The position numbers and the translations under genes were made by a program. A stretch of 33,321 nucleotides of DNA from Macrostomum lignano. Its lineage: Eukaryota. Shown piece after piece: positions 24,089-33,321 of this stretch. The notes below the pieces were generated by a model. That model did no database searches, was not told the DNA's origin, and worked only from the letters and a program-made list of their open reading frames with translations. Location of the stretch: NCBI GenBank assembly GCA_002269645.1, contig NIVC01004852.1:1-33321 (forward strand), written 5' to 3'. How positions within the stretch are numbered: the stretch's first letter is position 1; every line of letters starts with the position of its first letter.

Positions 24089-24691
24089 ACCTTGACTTTA
24101 ATTTTGGCCTTCAAATTCGCATCGTATTCTGAGTGCGCTTAAGACACAATGCGAATGCCCAGACAGCAGAAGCTGAGGACACGACCCTGGCCCTGCCTCA
24201 GCCGAAACTGGAAAGCGAAACCAGAAGCTTCTTACGTTCAATCTCTCTGGATCGTCATCTTCAGGGAAAAGTCAGTCGACTTAGCTAATGCTTAGTTAAT
24301 TGGGCTCTCATATGTGTAATAAAAATCTAGGATAAAGGATAAAGGCCACTTGAGGACACACCCAAACGTTAAATAAAAACGTAGTAAGAGAGCTACACAG
24401 AAAGGGTTTGAGTTGAAACTGTCTTCTGCGAAAGACAGACACAGGTCAGTAGATAGAGTGGGGGGGGGCAGGAGGCGGGTTTTTGGCCCTCTTACCAGTG
24501 GACTCAGTAGGGCAGGTAAGGCGCAAGGTGAGCTTGGGTGGTCAAGAAAATACAGGGCATTGATGTCAAAAGCCTGGAAACTGTAATACGACGGTGCACA
24601 GGGGCAGAACTACAGAGCGACTGAGGAGTCCAAAATATTGGCACGCGCAAGCACTGCAAGAGAAGGCATTGTGAAACTCCTCTGGTTTGCA

Positions 24692-24961
24692 ATGGTTCGC
24701 ATTGCCGGCTTTCGCAAAGTCGTTGTCCGCTGTCGGATTCTGCTCTGTGCTGCAGTGGTGATCGCAGCAGGGGCTGCAGTGCACTTTTGCTGGCCAGAGA
24801 CTGCTGGCAGCCAACCGGCTCCAGCTGAAGCTATGCTGCTCAGCTCCGACCATCTTGAAACTCCAGTCAATAGCGACAACGTGAACCTGACTGAGTCGCG
24901 TGTCAGGCGTCGGGTGCCCTGGTGCGGCCACACCAGGCTGTTATCGCCAGTTACCGCTCAG
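24692..24961 (+). CDS. GT92/DUF23-like glycosyltransferase exon 1: cytoplasmic tail, signal-anchor, stem
   Basis: ATG at 24692. The basic N-terminus (MVRIAGFRKVVVRCR) is followed by the hydrophobic ILLCAAVVIAAGAAVHFCW. Donor CAG|gtagtc, phase 0. Confidence 0.7.
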
Positions 24962-25159
24962 GTAGTCCTTGACTCAGAATTGATTCCCTTATGAGATTTC
25001 CCCATTTTTTCTGTATTTTCTCCAAACTGATATACTTAATGTATAAGACAAACGGGCCCTTTCTGTTTGATCCCCTTTTCTGTATGATCCCAGGCCTTTT
25101 GCTTGCGGACTTGGCTACAACCTGATCTGCTCTGGGTCTTCTGTTGTTCGGCCAACGCC

Positions 25160-25400
25160 CTACCAGATCATCAGCTGGTGGTCACCGACCTCCCAGATCC
25201 TCAGTTCTGGGTCATCACTACCCTCCCAGATCCTCAGTTCTGGGTCATCACTACCCTCCCAGATCCTCAGCTGCTAGGTCACCGACCTTCCAGATCCTCA
25301 GCTGCTAGGTCACTGACCTCCCAGATCCTCAGCTGCTGGGCCACCGCCGCTCTCCCAGATCCTCAGTCGCTGGGCCAGTCTTCCAGATACTCAGTCGCTA
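25160..25400 (+). repeat. Imperfect ~31-33 bp tandem repeat (CCTCCCAGATCCTCAG core), intronic
   Basis: The core ccagatcctcag recurs about 7 times. Confidence 0.85.
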
Positions 25401-25717
25401 GACCACAGCCGCCGAGATCAATCGGTGTTATTTCTCTACAATGCATGTTGCTCTACACATAAATAGCCTGCTCTATTGTCTGCATGAAAGAAATAATGCC
25501 ATATATGCAAACTAGATACATGTAGTATTTTATCATATGCATATAACACCGTGCCGTATAGCACCGCAGGCATGAACTTTTAGCAGTTACTGACTGCAAA
25601 GCATTTGTGGATAGCTAATTTTTGAAATCACCATAGAAAACTGCAGTAAAAGCTTTCTTGGAAAAATGATTAACACAAAGCTTCAATGTCACTCACTGCA
25701 TGTACTCTGCACAAAAG

Positions 25718-26019
25718 GAGTTCCAATTTCTGAGCAGCCACAGAAGCAACCGAGACCTGTTGGTCTATTCGGCCTTCTACGATCCGAGACTGGCCCCCCG
25801 GAAGCCGATAATCCGTAGCACCGGAATCGCCCGCAATGTCGGCATGAGTGGCCTGATGTGCCAGCTGTGGTACCGGCGGTGGTCGCAGGTGATGGTCACC
25901 ATGCAAGCTCACGTGGAACGCCTGCCAGAGGGAGACAGTCGGCGCTACCAGGCTGTGTTGATTACCTGCAGCACTTCCTCCAAGGTTGAAGAGATACCCA
26001 GTGCTGTGTCATTTGCATG
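25718..26019 (+). CDS. GT92/DUF23-like glycosyltransferase exon 2
   Basis: LLVYSAFYDPR...IIRSTGI...LMCQLWY...YQAVLITC...PSAVSF is typical of the GT92 N-terminal domain. Donor TG|gtgagt (phase 2). The acceptor aaaag|GAG is weak but in phase. Confidence 0.8.
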
Positions 26020-26535
26020 GTGAGTAAAACTGTGCCTAAACAGGTGAATCTGATAGCTAAAGATGACAGCAAGATGTAAGAATCACTGCTCCGAACCAAA
26101 CCAACTGGGATCGATAACTGGTCCGACTGGCAGCACATCCCGGTCTCCCTCCCTTGAGAAACCCATGGCATAAAGAGGATAAAATTAGGATTTCATGAGG
26201 ATGCACGCCTCCTCGGTAATCTGAGTAGCTGCGGCCGGAGTCCTTTAATCCCGTTCGTGACTCGGGACCGCAGAGCCTCGACCAAGACTTCTTCAGTCTT
26301 TAGCGAATTCTGTCACCTAGTGTTCTCCGAGCGAAAAATTTCACATCCTCGTGGTGCTTGGCTGGTTGTTCCCTTAGACATGGGTTCCGAAGTTTGACTG
26401 TGAACCCGACAGTAGAGGAGGTGGTGAGAAAGGTCCTTGTCGGCTCTTCGATGAGGTGAAATACCCATGTAGAAAAAGGACATAACTAATTCTTTGGACA
26501 AAGCGACCGGACGCAAGTTGCTTCCGCTTCCGCAG

Positions 26536-26764
26536 GTCGCACTGCGCCCAGCCCGCCGGCTTCCTCCCGGTGCGCGTTCTGCCGTCAACGCCGGTCCGCA
26601 ACGGCCAGTTTGCCGTGTGCATGTCGCCACTTCACTCGTCTTACGACAATGTTGATGAAGCGGTGCAGACGCTCGAGTTGAACCGCCTGTTCGGTGCCAA
26701 CCGGTTCTTTGTGTATAGTTTCGCATCGAGCAAGCGGGTGGCATCGCTGCTTGCCAGCAAACAC
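26536..26764 (+). CDS. GT92/DUF23-like glycosyltransferase exon 3
   Basis: Acceptor ttccgcag|G. SHCAQPAGFLPV...FAVCMSPLH...ELNRLFGANRFFVY matches the GT92 'faVCvxPl...ElxrllGaxhfxxY' pattern. Donor CAC|gtgagt. Confidence 0.87.
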
Positions 26765-26991
26765 GTGAGTGATGAAGTGGCACTGTGGGAACTGCAGTTA
26801 AACATAGTTGTTGGTAGCTACATGTACATGAATTGCAACTCATTACCCATTGGGATTTCTGACAAGAATTGAATTTATGTGTAGCTCTTCACTTTGTGAT
26901 CTAAACTTTGTGAACTTTGTACAAGCGTCCCATTTCAGACTTCTATCTTGGATCTGCATCAGCCACCCTTCGCACCCTTTCGCACCTGCAG

Positions 26992-27650
26992 TATGCCAAG
27001 GACGTCACCGTCCTGCCCTTCCAACCGCCGGTAAACGTGGATAGGTGGCCACAGCCAAGCAACTACACAGTGGAAGTGAAACACTTCGCCCAGATGGCCA
27101 TGCTGCAGGACTGTGTGATGCGCGCCTCTGCCAAATACGAGTTCGCTGTATTCACCGACATGAACGAGGTCGTTGTACCGAGAAGCAAGGGTCTTAGCAA
27201 CTGGCGGGACCTGGTTCGAGCCCGCATGTCGGACAATAAAACCGCTGGCCTGTCACTTCAGCACGCAGATTTCTGGCTGGAGTGGCCCGCCGATAGCGAG
27301 ATGTCAGCCAACGCCACGATCTCCGGCCTGAAGCTGAGCGCTCTGCTGAAACTGCACCACGACGAGGTGCGCCTACACGGCACCCCGTCAAAGATGATCG
27401 TCAAGCCGCATTTCGTGCAACTCATGGGCGTGCAGTTGATGTGGCGGTACACCAAAGGTTGGGGCACAGAGTATGTCAACTTCCGGCTCGCTGGCGTGCA
27501 TCGCTACCGAAGCTGGAAGGACCTCGGTCCACAGGACAGCGATCAAGTTCGCGATCCGACCCTGCTGCGCTATAGGAGCAGCTCGTTGCTAACGTTCTGC
27601 GAGCCAGGACTGCCCTGGGCCTGCCCCTGCCTATCCATATTTCTGATTGA
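26992..27650 (+). CDS. GT92/DUF23-like glycosyltransferase terminal exon (GT-A catalytic domain)
   Basis: Acceptor ctgcag|TAT. QMAMLQDCVMRA...FAVFTDMNEVVVP...SKMIVKP...VHRYR...DPTLLRY. As sequenced the stop is at 27684. Restoring one G at about 27576 gives YREQLVANVLRARTALG...SD* ending at 27650. Confidence 0.83.
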
Positions 27651-28104
27651 GGTGTATATAGAGTTGCCATGTCAACAAATCTGAAAAGCTGAAGCGGGTG
27701 AAATTCGAGCTCCCGACCTCCCCGTCTGGTCACACAGATTTCTGTCTATGGCTGTAAATTCACGCTAAATTATCAGCGCAAACTCAGTGGATCTCAAATA
27801 CTCATGCGTTTAACACAAGGACCCTTTGATAACATCGTAACGAAGACGTCATTTTAGTACCCTTGCTACTCAAACAAAGCTAGATACGCATGTATAAGGC
27901 GTATTCGAGTAGCTCAATACTGACTTGCTTTTACTGTTTCGTAAAACAATTTTAACTCAATTATACTCGTACTACGAATTATCAAAAACGCTTATGGATG
28001 GCAGTAGTATCTTACGTTTGAGAACTCTTAATTAATTCTTAATCAAGTTTTTAATTTGTTTCATAAATACACATTTAATTTCAGCGGTTTGAAATTGAAA
28101 ATAC

Positions 28105-28112
28105 AGATAGAT

Positions 28113-28181
<69 letters not shown>

Positions 28182-28182
28182 G
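28105..28182 (+). repeat. (AGAC)n microsatellite between the convergent GT92 and LRAT-repeat genes
   Basis: Direct inspection. Confidence 0.95.
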
Positions 28183-28354
28183 CAACTCATTGAAATAAAA
28201 AAGTTATAAAATAGTATTGTAAAGAAGATCGGTAGATTTGCACCAAATGGAACAAGTCTTCGTAGCTTTTTGTTCAGATTAACACAAGCAACTGTTAATA
28301 GACAAGAAGAGAGTTCAGATAAGACAAAAGAAAGTCGTTCAATTTTATCGGGCC

Positions 28355-30299
28355 CTAAGCCTCCGGACCGATGAAGCTGGCAATCAGCTTCAGCAGGAAC
28401 AGCAGCCGCCTGCCGACGTCATCCGACACGGTTTCCAAGGTGGCAGAGACCAGGCGCCTCAGGCTTTCGGAGGCCAAGCCTCTAGCGCAGGCGTCACGCG
28501 ATCCAGCGCCTGATTCACCGAGCCCGGCAGCAACTCTGAAGCCGAATTTCAGCATCGCCTTGAGCAGCCGGCTCAGTTCGGCGGGCAGCTTGACGAGGTC
28601 GTTCTCCAGCTCCAGTACGCAGAGCTGCGCCCAGGCTGCCGCATCCTCTGGCGAGTTGGCTGCCGCAGCAAGGCTAGAGCTCAGCTCCGAGCTCAAATCG
28701 CCGTCCAGGGGAACCCGTCGAATCACCTTCTCGATAGGGTAGGGCGCCCGGTCCGGCGGGAAGTACATGTACATGTCCAGGCGGCCGCTGGGATCGTGCT
28801 CGTCGTTGGGCGCATAGGAGAATCCGCAAATCGAGTCGGTGTCCGGATTCGCCTCAACAAACAGCAGGTGAATTGGAGCGGCCTCACCTCTCTCAATTAC
28901 GATGTGGTCCCAGCGGTGCAGGCATCCGAAGTCCGTCACGTGTTCGTTCGCTTCCGGTGGCTCACTCCCGGCTGCGCTGTCAACCGACAGTAGAGCGGCC
29001 AGTTCAGCGAGGCCGGGTCGGCGCAGGCCGCGCAGCCAGGCGCAGAAGCGGCTGTCCGACACTCCGAAGCCCAGGCGTCTGTCCGAGGCGTTTGTTAGCG
29101 ACGAGCCGAGTAGAATTTTTGACGTGTCGCTCAGCATTTGAGCCTTCGATTCGCTCACAGCTTGCTCATCGCCGTACGTCACCCGGCTCACGCGGCTACC
29201 TTCACTGATCTTGGTTATGGTCAACTTTTGCACACTGTTTGGCTGCCAGTCAATATCCGTCAGACTCAACTTGGCGAGGTCGATGCACTCCCCACACGGG
29301 CTGACGGCAACAAGGCGAGCTTCGGCAAACTGCGACGTTTCCGAGCTGTCAGAACGATCGTGAGAAAATCGCAGCTGACCCTGGCCCAGCGCGGTCAGGG
29401 CGAGCAGCTGGCTGATTTCAGTCACAACGCCCAGGTGCCTAGGCGCGTTGGTCTTGTGATTGACGCAGCACCAGCGGACAAAGTCGCATGAGTTGTTCCA
29501 GGCGCAGGAGTAACCGTAGGTGCCAATCCGAGCCACCGCTTTCTGTAGCGCTTGCTCTCTTGGAGCCAGCAGCTCTGCACTGACTTGGAAGTGTAGTGTA
29601 CTAAACACGTGCCCTTTTCTGGCACTTGGACAGCGCCGATGCACAACGTTCCCTCTCCACCGAAGCAGATTACATCAACCGACAAGCCTTTGCTGTCGTC
29701 TTTATTCACTCCTTTCACAATGGCGTGAAGACCAGGCAGATTGGTTTCCAACGGATGAGCGTCTGACTTTTCTCGGATGCACACCGCATCGCCAGGCTGC
29801 AAGTCAGTGACTTGCGCCACTGGCTGCTCTGTGATCGACGGCAGGTCTTTCTGCTTCCACGTCCTCAGTATCGGACACTGTAGATCTGGCTCGCTATGCC
29901 GAACCAGCTGAATTTTATCGTGCTCAGTTGGATCAATCACGATACGGACTTGCTTAGTATGTCGCGTCGTGTCAGTATTCACCCGTAGGTAGTCGAGAAT
30001 CTCAAACTTGTACGCAGTTTTAGGATCTGCTGGCCGCTGCACGGACAGCACTATTTGGACGCGGTCGTCGTGCGCGATTACGTTTCCAGAGACCAGCTGG
30101 CTGGCCGGGACTCTGGTTCGGCGAAGCTCTGGTTCCGCGCGAACGCCGCTGAGAGAGAAGGTCATCGCCATGAGCGGACTGCACCCCCAAGACAAGCAGA
30201 CTCCTGCGAAGCATTCGACAGTCTGGTGAACATCCTGTCTAACGGAACTGAAGGTTCAACCGATCAATTGGATCGCTTGAATCAAGACTGATCGATGTT
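28355..30299 (-). CDS. Multi-LRAT/NlpC-P60-like repeat protein, terminal exon. Contains an in-frame TGA (30256-30258) and a -1 shift near 29585.
   Basis: ORFs 29422-30195 and 28355-29644 join with one missing base (HYTSK-V-SAELLAPREQALQKAVARIG). Repeated motifs are LQPGDAV..LHAIV..VDVICF, EQALQKAVARIGTYGYSCAWNNSCDFVRWC, SDSRFCAWLRG and LHRWDHIVI..YPIEKVIRRV. The 5' boundary is uncertain. Confidence 0.62.
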
Positions 30300-30362
30300 C
30301 TAGTGAATGCGTGCAGGTTAGCAACATCTGACGTAGCGGCAACAATATCCAGGATCATGTAC

Positions 30363-30839
30363 TTTCTGACCGGTCCAGACGCTTTGCATTAACGATGACT
30401 GCACGAATGTCGCGGTTAAAAAGTGACACATTGACGTGATCAGCCGGCATCAGCTGGTGCAGCTGTCTCCGGTTGTCGTCGAGCAGAGGAACCCGAACGC
30501 TGTCCAGGTTCCTCGAGTCCCGAACTCGACACCACACGGCCAAAGTGTGCGCGTTGTTGCTGGTTGGATAATGCTGTCTCTCACCAAGGCGGCTGATTGC
30601 CCGAGACAGCGATTCCTCATTTGAGTACAGCACCGAGTTCGGGAATGTGTGCAGCCACACACTGGAGCCGTTGCAAGGCAGCTGGAAGTCCTCACGCCGT
30701 ACCGTGACGGGGCTCATCAGGCGCAGCCTCCCATAGTGGATAGCCGTAACAGCCAGTTCGTTCTCATCGGGAGAGTAGCTGCAGGTCTCCACCACCACCT
30801 TGTGCGGAATCTTGTAGTAGTACAAGTTTAGAACGTTGC
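30363..30839 (-). CDS. Multi-LRAT/NlpC-P60-like repeat protein, exon 2 (first complete LRAT-like repeat)
   Basis: Acceptor ttttag|GC in phase 1. (IRP)GNVLNL..PHKVVV..AIHYG..VRRE..YSNEESLSRAISRLGERQHY..NNAHTLAVWCR follows the LRAT pattern. Putative donor GAAA|gtacat opens a 63-nt intron with branch TGCTAAC. Confidence 0.72.
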
Positions 30840-30929
30840 CTAAAATTTCCAGTAAAATGCGTCGATTGGTTAAAAACCTAGATTTTTTAACTCAAACCAT
30901 TTGTTACTAGAAAAGTGTATGCTTCTTAC

Positions 30930-31182
30930 CTGGTCTGATGGTCTTGGCCAGTTCGCTGGTTACTTTTTCGGAACGCTCGTCTGGCACAGGCGTTGTAGCC
31001 TCACGGATGCTCCTCTGCCAGCAGGCGTCCTCCAGTACGGCTCGCAGCCAGGGCTTGCTAATTATGGCTTGCTTGAGCAGCCACAGCTGCTGCTCTCTGG
31101 TCATCAGAGTGAGCTTCTCCAGCTCGCGGACTGAGCACTCCAGCTGCTGCGTCAGCTGCGAGAGGTCGGCAGGGGCGGCCAT
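30930..31182 (-). CDS. Multi-LRAT/NlpC-P60-like repeat protein, exon 1 (helical N-terminus)
   Basis: ATG in good context (aaaATGG). MAAPADLSQLTQQLECSVRELEKL... Donor CCAG|gtaag (phase 1) and a 90-nt intron join exon 2 in frame. Confidence 0.78.
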
Positions 31183-32703
31183 TTTCGAGTCTTGCTATAC
31201 TAAGAGCTTCTGGTTGCAACACCGCTTTGGACTGCAGCTGTGTAGTTTTGTTTTTCTACAAGGTCACAGTACTGCAGATTATAAATAATTATAATATAAA
31301 ATATAAGATTATAAAGCACCAAGAAACATCTAAGACTTGTAGGCAAGTGTTGTCTAAATTGGACTAAGCCCAGCGCGTGCGCCTCAGCAGATAAGCTTTG
31401 AGAGATTTGCACAAGGCTTACTACAAGTGTACGCTGTCGCATAGCCCCGGACAGACAAGCACAGCTCTCAACCCTCTGTCTCTCACTGTTTTCTGTCCAA
31501 AGCATTCAGTTTGAAGTGCATAGTTGCCTGTACATATCTTGCAGTATCTGGTTGTGCATAGGCTCGCAGTATCTGTCTAACCAAGCACTACAGCCCCCTC
31601 TCGGAGAGAGAGAGTTAAGCCTGACTATTATTGAGTGCGTCGTGTAAGGTCTGAGAAAGTTCTGAGGTTTTGAGAATTTCAGTTTATTTAGTCTGTAAAA
31701 CAGGCACGTAGCTCGTACAAGCTAGACAGTGTAACTTCTTTCATACCTTGCAATCCTACTTTAATTAGAGTTTATGCTATTGACGCGCACTAATCGATTC
31801 TGTTACTCAGAACTATTGATGTGATTTCTCAAAAAAGTCAGAAGCTACCGGTACAATTTCGACAGTGACCGCCGATGCTGACCAACTGTTCTAAAGCTCA
31901 GTTCAGCTTCAAAGAGTTACTGCTAAGAAAGATTTTCCCTGTTTCGACAGAGAAAATGCGTAAGAGACGCCTGCAACGTCCTTTTCCCAGTGTTTTAGAA
32001 GTCCATGAAGCCAAACCTTGCTGTATCTGCCAGGGCTGGCGCATAGCTAATCGAGTGCCCTGCGGCGGCGCCAAAATAAGTCTTAACTACACGTACCGGT
32101 TGCCAAAATGATGTAGGGATTTTTATCATGTAGAAAGGGATTATATAGTAGCTTCCTATATAGAAATTAATCTATTGGTTGTCTTTGTACTTTCCCTTTG
32201 GTATCTTCGACATCAACATAGACAACACTGTAGCGCTGAGTAGGAAGCGCTGAACATAATACGAGAAATATACTCGCCCCAGAGCGCTACTAAAAGCTAC
32301 CCAAAAGCTCTAACAGCTCTAAACTTGTAGCAACTTGGCCCCAGCGGCTTTGCCTACTCAAAAATCGAGTTCAAAGACAGTTCGTGTAGGCCAAGAACTC
32401 AAAGAGCAGATGGACGGGAAGTTACTCTTGAACTCTGAGCCACCACTATACGCTCAAGACCATTTTGTTAACATCACAATAAAAAAGGCCCATTTTTCTG
32501 CGATCACGTGGCTTTGTACTATTAAAAAATCACATTGGACATCCGTCGTGCTTTTTGTCGGCTCAATTCATGACGAGTGAATGAACCTTAATTCGATTTG
32601 GGATTATATATCGTAAAAAGCAAGGCAGCCAACAAGAAACAAATAAGCAAGACAGTTATGACTACGTAAAAAGGATGTTCTCACTAAATTAATAAATTTA
32701 AGA

Positions 32704-33006
32704 GGGTTGTAAGCTTAGTGGTCAGAGCGTCGGACTCACTATTGAAGGTCGGGCTCGATTTCCGAACCAACGAGACAATTTGTGTCCTTGAGCAAGACAC
32801 TTAACTCTTGGTTGCTTCAGTTCACCAGCTGTAAAATGGGTGCCAGCATTAGCTGGGTAATTGAGGTGTGTGTGGCGACCCCCCCCCCCCTTGACTGAAC
32901 AGCCGTACGCAGCCTTCAGATGCCGCCGCGCAATAGCTGCGGATGAGCTGTCGGTCGCACATCGCCCAATTTAAGCAGGTTCAATCAATTTTAACAATTA
33001 TTATTA
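32704..33006 (+). mobile_element. tRNA-derived SINE with a CORE-like central domain
   Basis: A-box-like GCTTAGTGGTCAGAGCG (about 32713) and degenerate B-box GGGCTCGATTTCC (about 32751). TGTGTCCTTGAGCAAGACACTTAAC...CAG...CTGTAAAATGGG (32781-32840) resembles the MIR/CORE consensus as I recall it. It ends in a TCAA/ATT-rich tail. Confidence 0.75.
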
Positions 33007-33321
33007 AAATTTCCTCTGATCTGATTGATGATACACGTTATTAGAATAAGAAATTAAATGTTTTAAAAACCGATTTATACGAGTAAACTGTTACCATGGC
33101 GTTTCTAAGCAAACAAACTTCGACTGGCAAGACCGTAGTCGGTCTCCAACAAACATTATATTTAATCCCTATCTACATGTAAGTTAACAGACTGAATGAA
33201 GTACATGCTTAAAAAATGTTCCAGTCAGCACTCATAATTCCAATGCTAATACTTTGCTTAATTAATCCAGTAAACCAGTTTTTGTATTTGAAGCGTTTAA
33301 ACCATAGAAATTTGTTAAATC

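Noticed and set aside
31200-32700. Short ORFs 31200-31505, 31875-32111 and 32335-32580
   Set aside because: AT-rich with non-ATG or weak starts, no motifs and no coding-like codon bias.

Overview
This is eukaryotic (metazoan) genomic DNA, not prokaryotic. It has GC-rich exons, GT-AG introns, and roughly a third of the window is mini/microsatellite. The lophotrochozoan-type GluCl and the repeat landscape suggest a flatworm such as Macrostomum, which is an inference only. Four loci can be reconstructed. (1) The 3' part of an ARIH1/ariadne-1 RBR E3 ligase gene (+, four exons, 2731-6643). (2) An anion-selective Cys-loop receptor locus (+). Two paralogous ~1 kb exons (14407-15413 and 17418-18400) each encode a signal peptide, the whole ligand-binding domain, M1 and M2, and both end at the same phase-2 site in L-P-R. 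Only one M3-M4 exon follows (21161-21641). This looks like a 'variable first exons + constant exon' ion-channel gene and is the top finding. (3) A GT92/DUF23-like type II glycosyltransferase gene (+, 24692 to about 27650) with a DxD-to-DxN change. (4) A convergent minus-strand gene (31182-28355) of about six tandem LRAT/NlpC-P60-like repeats, none with the catalytic Cys. A tRNA-derived CORE-type SINE lies at about 32704-33006. Several single-base deletions in short base runs break three of the genes and are probably consensus errors. All alignments and family assignments were made by eye and from memory, with no database searches.
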